A stretch of 64,000 bases of DNA from assembly GCA_964619675.1 (NCBI GenBank), contig CAZUEO010000001.1:2138-66137 (forward strand), in the 5' to 3' direction. Below the pieces are notes generated by a model that did no database searches, was not told the DNA's origin, and worked only from the letters and a program-made list of their open reading frames with translations. How positions within the stretch are numbered: the first letter of the stretch is position 1; each line of letters begins with the position of its first letter. Position numbers and translations under genes: made by a program. The stretch comes from an uncultured Planctomycetaceae bacterium (GTDB lineage Bacteria > Planctomycetota > Phycisphaerae > Sedimentisphaerales > UBA12454). Below, one piece after another: positions 17,461-27,581 of this stretch.

Positions 17461-18465
17461 ATGAGAATTACTTGGAGAGGTCTGGAACTTCCTACTTGTG
17501 TTGAGCTGGACAGGCAGGTTTCAACCGACAAATACGGACTGTTCCGAATCGAACCTTTCGAACATGGATTTGGCACGACTATAGGAAACAGCTTGAGACG
17601 TGTGTTGCTTTCTTCTCTCGAAGGAGCTGCAGTAACAAGTGTCAAGATGGCCGGCGCAGACCACGAATTTGCCTCACTGCCCGGCATCAAGGAGGATGTA
17701 ACTGAGATTATTCTCAACATTAAAAATATTATTATCAAAAAAACCGTGCCGGAGCCGAAGGTAATTACCATATCGGCTCAGAAAGCGGGAGTTGTAACGG
17801 CTGGTCAGATTCAGTGCGACCCGACTATCGAAATTATAAATAAAGACCATGTGGTCGCAACATTGACCCGTGATGCGAAATTGTCAATGGAAATGACGGT
17901 AGGAACCGGAAGAGGTTATTCGCCTGCCTCTGAAAGACTGGCCCAGGCCGACAGATTCGAACAGGAAACAGGCAGAATAGAGATTGATGCAATCTATTCA
18001 CCTGTGGTTCGCGTTCGTTATAAAACCGAAGATACACGTGTCGGACAGAAAACCAATTATGACAGGCTCATCCTCGAAATATGGACGGACGGCTCCATCA
18101 CGCCTGAGATGGCTCTGGTTGAGGCAGGGAAAATCCTGAGGAAACATGTAAATCCGTTTGTGCAGTATTTCGAAATAGGCTCGGAAACGATAGAAGAAGC
18201 CGAACCTGCTGAGATTGAACAGGAAACAAAAGTTGACGAACAGCTCGCTGAAAAGCTTAAGATGCCGATTCAGGAACTGGAGCTGAGCGTAAGGGCAAGC
18301 AACTGTCTTGAGGCCAACCATGTTGAAACCGTGGGACAATTAGTTAAAATAACCGAAGTTCATCTGCTGAAAATGAGAAGTTTCGGGAAGACAAGTCTTC
18401 GCGAAGTTATCAGAAAACTTGCGGATTTGGAACTTACATTGGATATGACCGATATTCCGGAATAA
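17461..18465 (+). CDS. rpoA: DNA-directed RNA polymerase subunit alpha
   Basis: FRIEPFEHGFGTTIGNSLRRVLLSSLEGAA is the N-terminal domain. The C-terminal domain is ELELSVRASNCLEANHVETVGQL. Confidence 0.97.
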   Translation: MRITWRGLELPTCVELDRQVSTDKYGLFRIEPFEHGFGTTIGNSLRRVLLSSLEGAAVTSVKMAGADHEFASLPGIKEDVTEIILNIKNIIIKKTVPEPKVITISAQKAGVVTAGQIQCDPTIEIINKDHVVATLTRDAKLSMEMTVGTGRGYSPASERLAQADRFEQETGRIEIDAIYSPVVRVRYKTEDTRVGQKTNYDRLILEIWTDGSITPEMALVEAGKILRKHVNPFVQYFEIGSETIEEAEPAEIEQETKVDEQLAEKLKMPIQELELSVRASNCLEANHVETVGQLVKITEVHLLKMRSFGKTSLREVIRKLADLELTLDMTDIPE

Positions 18466-18490
18466 ATGATTTTTTGAGGTATGAAAAAAT

Positions 18491-19018
18491 ATGCGTCATA
18501 GAATCGCAGGCGGACAACTTAACAGGACTTCTGCTCACAGAATAGCTATGAGAAGAAATATTGCTGCTGCTCTTTTTGAGCATGAAACTATAAGTACTAC
18601 TCTTCAAAAAGCCAAGCACGTAAAAAGCTTTGTTGAGAAACTTATAACTATTGCCAAGAAGGGCAATCTGACAGCCAGAAGAAGAGCTATAGCTATGCTG
18701 CCGGACCGTGATATAGTCGAGGAGATTGACGGCAGGATTCAGAAGAAGGGAACTATTATAGGTAAACTTTTCAGTGAAATAGCTCCTCGTTATCTTGACA
18801 GGGCCGGCGGTTATACCAGAATCATAAAGCTTGCCAAAAGGAGACTGGGAGATAACGGCCAGCTTGTTTTGCTCCAGCTTGTGGGGCAGGAGGCTGAAAC
18901 CGAAGCCACGCAGAAAAGCGGTAAAAAGAAGGCTTCTAAGAAAAAAGCTGCGAAAAAGACTAAAGCCGGACAGACAGAGGAAAAACAGCAGAAGACAGAG
19001 GAAAAGAAGAGCGAATAA
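18491..19018 (+). CDS. rplQ: 50S ribosomal protein L17 with a Lys/Glu-rich C-terminal tail
   Basis: MRHRIAGGQLNRTSAHR.AM.RN....L..HE.I.TT..KAK is canonical L17. The tail is ...KSGKKKASKKKAAKKTKAGQTEEKQQKTEEKKSE. Confidence 0.95.
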   Translation: MRHRIAGGQLNRTSAHRIAMRRNIAAALFEHETISTTLQKAKHVKSFVEKLITIAKKGNLTARRRAIAMLPDRDIVEEIDGRIQKKGTIIGKLFSEIAPRYLDRAGGYTRIIKLAKRRLGDNGQLVLLQLVGQEAETEATQKSGKKKASKKKAAKKTKAGQTEEKQQKTEEKKSE

Positions 19019-19051
19019 ATTAAGTTCAGGTTAAAACCGGAGGGCTGACGA

Positions 19052-19468
19052 TTGGCGGATAAGGATTGTATATTCTGTAAAATTGCGGCTGGCCAGATAC
19101 CTTGTACTAAAATTTACGAGGATGAAAATGTGCTGGCCTTTCTCGATATCGGCCCGTTGAGCGAAGGTCATACGCTGGTTATACCCAAAGAACATAGCTC
19201 AAAAATCCATAATTGCAGCGTCGAGGCAATTTCAGCGGTGGCCGCGGTTTTGCCGAAGATTACCGCTGCGGTGGCATCTACTATGGGCGCAGACGGCTAT
19301 AATGTTCTGTGCAATAACGGCAGGGCGGCAGGACAACTCGTTGAACATCTGCATTTTCATATAATACCGCGGAAAACGAACGATGGCGTTTTTACTCAAT
19401 GGCCTGCGTTTAAATATCCGCAGGGCAGGATTGAAAAGCTTGCTGTTGAGATTCGTGCCAAACTGTAA
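19052..19468 (+). CDS. HIT-family (histidine triad) nucleotide hydrolase (TTG start)
   Basis: CIFCKIAAGQIPCTKIYEDENVLAFLDI is followed by the HLHFHIIPR triad. Confidence 0.9.
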   Translation: MADKDCIFCKIAAGQIPCTKIYEDENVLAFLDIGPLSEGHTLVIPKEHSSKIHNCSVEAISAVAAVLPKITAAVASTMGADGYNVLCNNGRAAGQLVEHLHFHIIPRKTNDGVFTQWPAFKYPQGRIEKLAVEIRAKL

Positions 19469-19515
19469 TTGATTTATCAATCGCAATTTGGTAAATTTTA
19501 CAAGTTAAAACTGAT

Positions 19516-19589
<74 letters not shown>

Positions 19590-19632
19590 TTTCTTAGAAC
19601 ACGGATATAAAAATACCGAATCACGAGTACGG

Positions 19633-19703
19633 TGGGGAATAGTGTAATGGTAGCACGAGTGGCTCTGAACCATTTAGTCTAGGTTCGAATCCTAGTTCCC
19701 CAG
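19633..19703 (+). tRNA. tRNA-Gln (anticodon CTG)
   Basis: The acceptor stem tggggaa/ttcccca has discriminator g. The anticodon arm is agtgg-ctCTGaa-ccatt, and the T-arm is ctagg-ttcgaat-cctag. Confidence 0.88.
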
Positions 19704-19749
19704 CTATTTTAATTTCTCCTTGCCCTGATTTCCATTTTGTTATATCATC

Positions 19750-21828
19750 TTGTCCTTTAAGCAGTTATTACCACTTTTCGGGAGTCTTATTGTGGCGGAA
19801 ATTGATGATATTCGTAATATAGTTTTATTGGGACACGGCAGTAGCGGTAAAACTACTCTCGCTGAAGCAATTTTACATAAGACCGGCAGAACAAACAGGT
19901 TAGGCACTGTTGAGGAAAAAAACACCATCGCTGATTTCGATGAGGAAGAGAAAGAAAGAGGTCATTCCATACACTCTGCTCTGCTTTATACAACGCATAG
20001 CGGCAAAACCATAAATCTGATTGACACCCCCGGTTACCCTGATTTTGCCGGTGCGGCACTTACTTCAATACCGGCGGCAGATTGCTGTGCGATAGTTATC
20101 AGCGCTTCAGCAGGGATTGAAATCAACACCAGAAAACTCTTTACAGCTGCCACCGAGGCGGGTAAGCCGAGAGTTATTATCATAAACAAAATCGATACCG
20201 AAAATGCCGATCTGCCGGAACTTCTTAAAAATGTTCAGCAAATCTTCGGTAGCCAGTGCAGATGTGCAAATCTGCCCACCGCAGACAAATCCGCGGTAAT
20301 CGGTTGTATCAAAAAGACCAGCGGCGATTCGCCGGTTATGGATGTTGCACAGGCACATACCGAACTTATCGAAAGTGCAATTGAAGCTGACGATGCTCTA
20401 ATGGAAGCATACCTGAGCGGTCAGCAGATTCAGGAAGAAAAAATTGCATCCGTACTTGTAAAGGCGCTCATTGAAGGCACTATTGTGCCGATTCTTTTTA
20501 CGAATGCGAGGAAGGAAATAGGTATAGCGGAATTGTTGAGTTTTATAACTGATTATGCTCCTTCGCCGGCGCAAGTAAAGCCGGCAAAACTTGTCGCAGG
20601 GGAAAGTCAGGTAGAGGTTAAGCCTGACCCGGCAGGACCGCTGATGGGGTTTGTCTTTAGAATCGGACTCGACGCTCGTTCAAATATGAAGTATGCCTCC
20701 ATAAGAATTTTCAGCGGAGCACTCAAAAACGATACCGCAATGTTCAGGAACACCGACAGAAAGGCTATCCGGCCCGGCCACGTTCTCAAAACTCATGGAG
20801 CCGAAAACAACGAAGTCAACACAGGTATCGCGGGAGATATTGTAACTCTTGCTAAAATCGAAGAACTCCAGATAGGCGACCTTATCCATGATGGAAAGGT
20901 AACGGGAAAATTTGAAATGCCCAAACTTCCGTCGCCGATGTTCAGTCTTGCCCTGGAACCCGCATCAAAAGGGGATGAGCAGAAGTTAAGCTCTGCGATG
21001 GAAAAGCTTACAGAAGAGGATGCATGTTTCAAAGTCAGCCGTGACAGGCAGACTAGGGAACTTATCATTAGCGGACTGGGCGATTTGCATCTTCGCATTA
21101 TGCTTTCGAAGATGTCAAAAAGATTCAAGCTGACAGTTAATACCAAACCGCCAAAAATACCGTATCGTGAGACAATTACAGCAAAAGCCGATGGTCACTA
21201 CCGCCACAAAAAACAAACCGGCGGCGCAGGGCAGTTCGGTGAAGTGTATCTAAGAGTCGAACCTGCAGAGAGAGGCTCGGAGCCTCCCCTGCAATACACC
21301 TGGGATATTTTCGGCGGCTCTATACCCGGCCAGTTTGAATCGCCTGTTGCCAAAGGCATTCAGGAAGTAATGGATAGCGGTGTTGTCGCCGGTTTTCCGA
21401 TGCAGGATATCAAGGTTTCCATCTATGACGGAAAACATCATCCTGTTGATTCCAAAGAAGTAGCTTTTCGTGCCGCAGGAAAGGGTGCTTTCATCGACGC
21501 TGTTCAAAAGGCAAGGCCGTGTCTTCTTGAACCGATTGTAAATATAGAAATTACCATACCGGCTGAATACGTCGGTGATATCACGGGAGATTTATCCGGC
21601 AAAAGAGGACGCATTCAGGGCCAGGATATGCTGCCGGGTAATATGATGGTCATAAAGGCACAGGTTCCGCTGGCTGAAGTTTCGAATTATGACAGCCAGC
21701 TTAAAAGCGTTACCGCTGGCCAGGGCAGTTATTCAATGACGCTGAGTCATTATGAAGTCGTCCCGCCAAATATCCAGCAGCAGGTTGTCGCACAATACGT
21801 CAGACAGAAACAAACCGTTGAAGAATAG
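19750..21828 (+). CDS. Elongation factor G paralog (EF-G2-like translational GTPase)
   Basis: G1 is GHGSSGKTT (not the canonical AHIDAGKTT), G3 is DTPGYPDF and G4 is NKID. Domains III-V are present (GLGDLHLRIMLSKM, GGAGQFGEV, GSYSM.LSHYE). The start could be TTG 19750 or GTG 19792. Confidence 0.88.
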   Translation: MSFKQLLPLFGSLIVAEIDDIRNIVLLGHGSSGKTTLAEAILHKTGRTNRLGTVEEKNTIADFDEEEKERGHSIHSALLYTTHSGKTINLIDTPGYPDFAGAALTSIPAADCCAIVISASAGIEINTRKLFTAATEAGKPRVIIINKIDTENADLPELLKNVQQIFGSQCRCANLPTADKSAVIGCIKKTSGDSPVMDVAQAHTELIESAIEADDALMEAYLSGQQIQEEKIASVLVKALIEGTIVPILFTNARKEIGIAELLSFITDYAPSPAQVKPAKLVAGESQVEVKPDPAGPLMGFVFRIGLDARSNMKYASIRIFSGALKNDTAMFRNTDRKAIRPGHVLKTHGAENNEVNTGIAGDIVTLAKIEELQIGDLIHDGKVTGKFEMPKLPSPMFSLALEPASKGDEQKLSSAMEKLTEEDACFKVSRDRQTRELIISGLGDLHLRIMLSKMSKRFKLTVNTKPPKIPYRETITAKADGHYRHKKQTGGAGQFGEVYLRVEPAERGSEPPLQYTWDIFGGSIPGQFESPVAKGIQEVMDSGVVAGFPMQDIKVSIYDGKHHPVDSKEVAFRAAGKGAFIDAVQKARPCLLEPIVNIEITIPAEYVGDITGDLSGKRGRIQGQDMLPGNMMVIKAQVPLAEVSNYDSQLKSVTAGQGSYSMTLSHYEVVPPNIQQQVVAQYVRQKQTVEE

Positions 21829-21853
21829 CAGGGTATCCAAAATTATTCTTTCC

Positions 21854-22981
21854 TCAGGCCTGAAAGTGCAGGATAATCTTTTTGTAGAGGTCTATTGCTT
21901 TTTGCAGGTCTTCTGTTTCAACATATTCATCAGGCTTGTGGCAAAGTTCTGATTTGCCCGGCCCAAGAATAACCACAGGAATATTTAGTTGTGCGATAAA
22001 AGGCGCATCGGTTGTAAATGGTGCGGTTTTAATCTCGCTTTTATTTATCAATTGTTTTAGCCGGCTGACAAATACACAATCAGGGTCTGTGTCAAGAGCA
22101 GCGACACCACGAAGGACATTCAGTTCGGCTCTAAAAGCGGAATTTTGCTGAGAAACTTTTGAAAGAATTTTTTCAAAGTCCTTTACTACGTGACTATGAC
22201 TCTGCTTTGGCAGTGTGCGGATATCTATTTGAGCGAGACATCTGTCAGGCACTATATTTGTGGCTGAACCGCCGGTAATTTTGTTTACGCTTATAGACGA
22301 GCGGCCAAGCAGTTTATCAGGTTCGATGTTTATGTCGTCATAGTGCGCAAGCTCGTTTAAAAACAACCTCATTGACTCTATTGCGTTTATACCGAGCTGC
22401 GGCATTGAGCCGTGGGCGGTTTTGCCTTTTGTTGTTATCTGAAGCCACAAAAGCCCGCGATGAGCCACGGCAAGCTCGAAATTCGTCGGCTCCGGCACTA
22501 TACAGCCGCAGAATTCAAAAGCATTTTTTGCAAGTGGTTTGAGAAACCTCTTGATGCCGACGCTATTGGTTTCCTCGCCTGCGGTAGCTGCAAAAACGAC
22601 ATCGCCTTTAAGTTCAACTTTGGACCGGAATATTTCGGTTATTGCAACCGCTGCTGCCGTAAGGCCGGATTTCATATCACAGGAGCCTCTGCCGAAAATT
22701 TTTCCGTTATGCTCTATTGCCGTAAAGGCAGGAAACTGCCAGCCGCACTTTTCCGCAGGCACAACGTCAAGGTGACCGGCAAATAGAAGGGCAGGTTTTT
22801 GGCCTGCAGATTTAAGAACGGCGGTCAGGTTTGCGCGATTGGAGTCCCAGACATCTACCTTCGGTTTTATGCCGGCGGCAAGGAAAAAATCGGCCAGCAC
22901 ATTGGCACAGTCGATTTCACCGACATCCGGCGTGGATTTTGCATCAATTAGTTTTTTCAAAAGCTCTTTCATTAGCAGCAT
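21854..22981 (-). CDS. M20-family metallopeptidase (ArgE/DapE/ACY1 family)
   Basis: FAGHLDVVP, GRGSCDMKSG, GEETNSVG and the dimerisation-domain pattern are present. Substrate cannot be assigned from sequence. Confidence 0.85.
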   Translation of the reverse strand: MLLMKELLKKLIDAKSTPDVGEIDCANVLADFFLAAGIKPKVDVWDSNRANLTAVLKSAGQKPALLFAGHLDVVPAEKCGWQFPAFTAIEHNGKIFGRGSCDMKSGLTAAAVAITEIFRSKVELKGDVVFAATAGEETNSVGIKRFLKPLAKNAFEFCGCIVPEPTNFELAVAHRGLLWLQITTKGKTAHGSMPQLGINAIESMRLFLNELAHYDDINIEPDKLLGRSSISVNKITGGSATNIVPDRCLAQIDIRTLPKQSHSHVVKDFEKILSKVSQQNSAFRAELNVLRGVAALDTDPDCVFVSRLKQLINKSEIKTAPFTTDAPFIAQLNIPVVILGPGKSELCHKPDEYVETEDLQKAIDLYKKIILHFQA

Positions 22982-23053
22982 ATTATAGCACTAATAAAGT
23001 GGTCTCAAAAACAATTTCTTGAAGCCGGCGAATATAACGTTAAAATCTTGCGA

Positions 23054-24004
23054 ATGGCACGAGTAAAAGTTTCACTTACGAAATGCGATGGTTATGACCC
23101 TGTAAAAGTGCAGGCCGCATTGCTGAAACATTTTGGTCTTCACGGCGGTATCGGCGCTTTTATAAGCAAGGGCGACAAGGTTCTTATAAAGCCGAATATG
23201 ATAGCCCCCAGACCGCCGGATAGCGCTGTCCAGACCGACCCTGTCGTGATTATAGAGCTTGCAAAAATCCTTCTTGATTTTGGCGCAAAACCGTTCGTTG
23301 CGGATTCGCCTGCGTGGTCAAACGCTGCCGCCTGCGCGAAGGTGCTCGGTATTGTCGAACCTTTAAAAAAACTCGGCGTCAGGGTAAGACAGCTTGGCAG
23401 ACCTGTAAAATGTACGCTTGAGCATTCAGGAACGAAAATAGGTATCAGTTCAGTTGTGCTTGAGGCTGATAAGATTATAAACCTGCCGAAGCTCAAGACT
23501 CATCAGCAGCTTATAGCAACCATCGCAGTCAAGAATATATTCGGCTGTGTGAGCGGAAAGGCAAAGGCAATCTGGCATTACAGAAAAGGCGCGACTTTTG
23601 ACAGTTTTTGCACAATGTTGATAGATATTTACAAGCTGCTTGGTCCTGTGCTGACGATTATTGATGCCATTATTGTAATGGAAGGTCCCGGCCCTATAAG
23701 GGGTGAGGCCAAAAAATTCGGCTGGATAATCGCAGCCATTGACCCAATAGCTGCAGAAGTTGTATGTTGTGATTTGATGGGACTTAGCCCCCAGCAGCTG
23801 CCTTTAATAAAAACTGCTGAAAGATTAGGTTTTGGCTGTACAAATAAACAAAACATTCAAATTGTCGGTGATTCACCGCCGGCGGGTGCGCCTGTAAAGC
23901 TTGTTCCAGCAGAATTAACACCGCTGAGATTTACACCGGCCAGAATCGTCAAAAGCATATTACGGCAGATTTTTATCCTTCTAAAAGCGGAAAAAAGGCT
24001 TTAA
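23054..24004 (+). CDS. DUF362-domain protein
   Basis: GDKVLIKPNM...D.AVQTDP.V......L.DFGAKPFVADSP and a later LKTH pattern are typical of DUF362. The ATG at 23054 is preferred over the TTG at 23048. Confidence 0.7.
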   Translation: MARVKVSLTKCDGYDPVKVQAALLKHFGLHGGIGAFISKGDKVLIKPNMIAPRPPDSAVQTDPVVIIELAKILLDFGAKPFVADSPAWSNAAACAKVLGIVEPLKKLGVRVRQLGRPVKCTLEHSGTKIGISSVVLEADKIINLPKLKTHQQLIATIAVKNIFGCVSGKAKAIWHYRKGATFDSFCTMLIDIYKLLGPVLTIIDAIIVMEGPGPIRGEAKKFGWIIAAIDPIAAEVVCCDLMGLSPQQLPLIKTAERLGFGCTNKQNIQIVGDSPPAGAPVKLVPAELTPLRFTPARIVKSILRQIFILLKAEKRL

Positions 24005-24013
24005 AATCATAAT

Positions 24014-25048
24014 ATGGAAACTGTTGTCAATGTACTGGGCATAGAGACGAGTTGTGATGAAACGGCTGCTGCAGTGGTGCGTAATGGAACGGAGGTGCTC
24101 TCAAGCATTATTTCCTCACAGATAGAACTTCACCGCAAATACGGCGGCGTTGTGCCGGAAATCGCATCACGTGCTCACATCGAAAAGATTTACCCGATTG
24201 TTGAACAGGCAATCAAACAATCAGGACTTGACAGCAATAGTATAGATGCGGTAGCAGTTGCAAATCAGCCTGGACTTACTGTTGCGCTCATTGTTGGAAT
24301 AACGGCGGCAAAGACGCTCGCACTTGTGTGGCAAAAACCTTTAATTGCGATTAACCATATTCACGCTCATCTTCAGTCGGCAATGATGGAAACAAAGGAT
24401 TTACAGCTTCCTGCCGTGGCACTCGTTGTCTCGGGTGGGCATACGAGTTTGTATGAATGCAAAAGTGTCCTTGAGCTTGAGCTGCTTGGCTCGACCATTG
24501 ACGATGCGGCAGGTGAGGCCTTCGATAAGGTTGCATCTATTTTGAATCTGCCTTACCCCGGCGGGCCGAGCATTGAAAATGCCGCAAAAGGCGGAAATCC
24601 TGCTGCAATTGATTTTCCCAGAACGATGCTTGCGAAAAATTCGCTTGATTTTTCGTTTAGCGGCCTGAAAACCGCCGTACTTTATTATTGTCAGGGTCAG
24701 GATATGAAGGGCCAAAACCGCGTTGACAGGATGAGTCAAAAGGAAGTTGCGGATATTGCAGCTTCATTCCAAGCTGCCGTTGTGGATGTTCTTGTAAAAA
24801 AAACCGAAAGGGCTTGCGACAAAGTCGATGCAAAGACTATTCTTCTTGGCGGCGGTGTTGCAGCAAATACTCTTTTGAGAAGTGAGCTTGAGAAAATGGC
24901 ACAGCGGACTGATAGAAAGCTGCTGGTTGCACCGAAAAAATACTGTACGGATAATGCTATGATGGTAGCATCTCTTGGCTGGTATAAATACAAGGCGGGC
25001 TTGTTTGCCGATATGGCACTTGAGGCAAAGGCCGGCTGTTATGATTGA
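24014..25048 (+). CDS. tsaD: tRNA N6-adenosine threonylcarbamoyltransferase TsaD
   Basis: VLGIETSCDETAAAVV....SSQ...H..YGGVVPE.ASR.H, HAHL, GGHT and GGGVAAN are all present. Confidence 0.95.
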   Translation: METVVNVLGIETSCDETAAAVVRNGTEVLSSIISSQIELHRKYGGVVPEIASRAHIEKIYPIVEQAIKQSGLDSNSIDAVAVANQPGLTVALIVGITAAKTLALVWQKPLIAINHIHAHLQSAMMETKDLQLPAVALVVSGGHTSLYECKSVLELELLGSTIDDAAGEAFDKVASILNLPYPGGPSIENAAKGGNPAAIDFPRTMLAKNSLDFSFSGLKTAVLYYCQGQDMKGQNRVDRMSQKEVADIAASFQAAVVDVLVKKTERACDKVDAKTILLGGGVAANTLLRSELEKMAQRTDRKLLVAPKKYCTDNAMMVASLGWYKYKAGLFADMALEAKAGCYD

Positions 25049-25058
25049 AAGGCGTATT

Positions 25059-25916
25059 ATGCAAAAGGTAACAGAGATACCAAAATTGCCTGCTCGCAGG
25101 GTCGATACCCATAAAGGCGATTTCGGAAAGGTTTGTATAATTGCAGGCAGTATAGGTTTCAGCGGGGCTGCGGCAATTGCCGGCAAAGCTGCGCTTCGAA
25201 GTGGCTCAGGTCTTGTCCGGCTTGCGGTGCCGCAAAGTGTTCTACCGATTGTTGCTGCTATAGAACCCTGTTATACCACCATTCCGCTTGCCGAGGATTC
25301 TTCTGGGAAAATAAGTGCAAAAGCAGTTGATGCTGTTTTAAAGGCCGTTGAGGAAAACGATATTATTGCATTTGGGCCGGGTGTTGGTATGTCCAATGGC
25401 GTGAAAACGGTGCTTGAAAACCTGTTGCGACTTGACGGGATAAGACTCGTTATAGATGCAGATGGCTTGAATAATCTTGCTGCTTTGCAGGATTGGCCTG
25501 ATATATGCAAAGCGAGTGTAATTCTTACCCCTCATCCCGGCGAAATGAAAAGGCTTTGGTCAGGGCTTTTAAGAACACCTATGCCCGACAATGGAGAAAT
25601 TATAGCTGTTGAGTTTGCCCGTGCCGCCAAGGTTGTTATTGTGCTCAAAGGGCACGGTACAGTGGTTACTGATTCTGAAAAAATCTACGTGAATAATACC
25701 GGCAATCCCGGAATGGCGACAGCAGGCTGCGGCGATGTGCTTACAGGCGTTATTACTGCTTTATGCGGACAGGGACTTGATAATTTTAACGCTTGCGTGC
25801 TGGGAACTTATATTCACGGCCTTTCAGGAGATTTGGCGGCAAAAGATAAAGGTCAAATAAGCCTGATTGCTACAGATATTATAGATTATCTGCCGCAGGC
25901 TTTCAAAAGTATCTGA
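25059..25916 (+). CDS. nnrD: ADP-dependent NAD(P)H-hydrate dehydratase (YjeF C-terminal domain only)
   Basis: RRVDTHKGDFGKVCIIAGS.GFSGAA, TPHPGE and GNPGMATAGCGDVLTG match the family. An alternative in-frame ATG at 25041 overlaps the tsaD stop. Confidence 0.88.
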   Translation: MQKVTEIPKLPARRVDTHKGDFGKVCIIAGSIGFSGAAAIAGKAALRSGSGLVRLAVPQSVLPIVAAIEPCYTTIPLAEDSSGKISAKAVDAVLKAVEENDIIAFGPGVGMSNGVKTVLENLLRLDGIRLVIDADGLNNLAALQDWPDICKASVILTPHPGEMKRLWSGLLRTPMPDNGEIIAVEFARAAKVVIVLKGHGTVVTDSEKIYVNNTGNPGMATAGCGDVLTGVITALCGQGLDNFNACVLGTYIHGLSGDLAAKDKGQISLIATDIIDYLPQAFKSI

Positions 25917-25939
25917 GGGAATAAATAATCGGTTGCTAT

Positions 25940-26557
25940 CTAAAATGCAGCAGCTATCGACTCGGCATTATTTATAGCCGTTTCTTGTGCTTTTTTAACG
26001 GTTTCCTGGTCACTTAACGTGGGCTGATAGATTATTGTTTTAATGTCCGTAAAGCCGATAAATCCCAGGATGAATTCGAGATATTTTTTCTGAAAGGCTA
26101 TCAGCGAATCATTTTCATAACTTCCTCCGCGGGCAAGTATCAGGCATAGAGGCTTGTTGCCTATAGTGCCCTTATAACCGGTATTTGTTACTGTGAAGGT
26201 ATAACCCGGCTGAACTATAATATCGATATAATGTTTCAATTTGTATGGGATACCGAAGTTCCACATTGGCGTTGAAATAAGATATTTATCAGCGGATTTA
26301 AACTGCTCGATTATTTTTTCAATCTGTGACCATTTTTTCACCTGCTCAGCGGTTTTTTCCTTTCCGTGCATGATGGCATATTTTGACTCTGCCGCGAAAT
26401 TGTCAAATTCAGGCAGGGACTGTTTAAACAGGTCGATTGTTACAATTTTATCCTGTGGATTTTTCTGCTGATATGCGGACAAAAAATTCTGTGCCACCGT
26501 ATGAGAATGACTTCTCTGGTCCCTTGGAGAGGCTTTTATATAAAGAAGCGTTGCCAT
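25940..26557 (-). CDS. azoR: FMN-dependent NADH-azoreductase
   Basis: MATLLYIKASPR...S.S......F...Y...NP.D.I...DL and PMWNFGIPYKLKHYID match the AzoR family. Confidence 0.85.
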   Translation of the reverse strand: MATLLYIKASPRDQRSHSHTVAQNFLSAYQQKNPQDKIVTIDLFKQSLPEFDNFAAESKYAIMHGKEKTAEQVKKWSQIEKIIEQFKSADKYLISTPMWNFGIPYKLKHYIDIIVQPGYTFTVTNTGYKGTIGNKPLCLILARGGSYENDSLIAFQKKYLEFILGFIGFTDIKTIIYQPTLSDQETVKKAQETAINNAESIAAAF

Positions 26558-26569
26558 AAAGTTGCCCCT

Positions 26570-27205
26570 TTATGTAAGTTCAACCGACCAATATGCGTGG
26601 TCAAGAAATTGTTTCCAGCTATGGTATCTTTCACTGCTTAAGTGAAGATGGACTGTCGGGTTACGTTTTGGCTTTGTCGGTTGTCGTATAAGTGTGAGGC
26701 CGGCCTGCTGCGGCATTCTGCCGCCTTTTTTGGCGTTGCAGTCGGTACAGGCACAAACAAGATTTTCCCAGGCTGCCGTTCCGCCGCAGCTTTTCGGTAT
26801 GACATGGTCGAGAGATAACTCTGTTGTTGGAAATTTCCTGCCGCAGTACTGACATCTGTTGCCGTCGCGGGCAAATATATTGCGTCTGTTGAATTTTACA
26901 TCGGTTCTTGGGAGTCGGTCGTAAAACAGAAGTCTGACAATCCGCGGCACGGCTATGTGAAAATTAACCGTGGAAATCCAGTCGTGTTCATCCGGTTCAA
27001 ATGACCTTTTTATCTGGCTGATATCTATCCAGGTGGCAAAATCGTAGTTATAGTACTGACCCTGCTCGTACGAAATAACCTCTGCGAGCTCTCTGCAAAG
27101 CATACATAAGGCTCTTTTGACGCCTATGATGCGCAACGGCATATAATGCTTGTTCAGCACAAGCACATTGCAGTTCAGAACTGATTGTAATTCGGTTAAA
27201 GCCAT
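26570..27205 (-). CDS. HNH endonuclease-domain protein
   Basis: [10 protein letters not shown]....[13 protein letters not shown]...[16 protein letters not shown] is an HNH motif with zinc cysteines. Confidence 0.85.
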   Translation of the reverse strand: MALTELQSVLNCNVLVLNKHYMPLRIIGVKRALCMLCRELAEVISYEQGQYYNYDFATWIDISQIKRSFEPDEHDWISTVNFHIAVPRIVRLLFYDRLPRTDVKFNRRNIFARDGNRCQYCGRKFPTTELSLDHVIPKSCGGTAAWENLVCACTDCNAKKGGRMPQQAGLTLIRQPTKPKRNPTVHLHLSSERYHSWKQFLDHAYWSVELT

Positions 27206-27258
27206 TCCTCCTCGCTAAAACCATTAACTGTTTAATATCAAAAGAGAGTTTTTGCAAA

Positions 27259-27465
27259 TTATTTCAAAACTTCTACTGATTCAGCCCGAGGTCCCTTTTC
27301 GCCCTGAACTGTCTCGTAACTTACTTTGTCACCCTGATTAAGTGTTCGAAGTCCTTTTGCTTTGAAACTTGTGTGATGAACAAACACATCAGGCTGACCG
27401 GTAGCAGCTTCAATGAAGCCGTAACCCTTCTTGGGGTCAAACCACTTAACAACTCCCTCTGCCAT
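27259..27465 (-). CDS. Cold-shock protein (CspA family)
   Basis: GVVKWFDPKKGYGFI (RNP1) and DVFVHHTS (RNP2) are present in a 68-aa protein. Confidence 0.95.
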   Translation of the reverse strand: MAEGVVKWFDPKKGYGFIEAATGQPDVFVHHTSFKAKGLRTLNQGDKVSYETVQGEKGPRAESVEVLK

Positions 27466-27581
27466 ACGAGTACTCCTTAAAGAACCTTAACCTTTCTGCC
27501 GGACTGCCGACAGACAGGTTCGCTAAATATATTTTTATGATGCCGTAACAATTGATGTTGAGAATATACCTGTTCTTACAC

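Noticed and set aside
18831-19034. A 67-aa alternative-frame ORF over the L17 tail.
   Set aside because: It is a frame-shifted reading of the Lys/Glu-rich repeat DNA (Arg/Lys-rich nonsense) and lies entirely inside rplQ.
21854-22981. Naming the M20 peptidase as DapE (succinyl-diaminopimelate desuccinylase).
   Set aside because: The window encodes DapL (62407..63633), which bypasses the succinylase branch, so a DapE role is not implied. Family membership alone cannot separate ArgE, DapE and other M20 enzymes.
24975-25058. The 5' extension of the NnrD ORF, overlapping the end of tsaD.
   Set aside because: The extension (MAGINTRRACLPIWHLRQRPAV...) is not conserved-looking and overlaps tsaD by 74 nt. 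In-frame ATGs at 25041 and 25059 give a normal YjeF-C N-terminus. The 5' extensions of nadK (35838-35918, overlapping dxs) and nfnB (29031-29069) were rejected on the same grounds.
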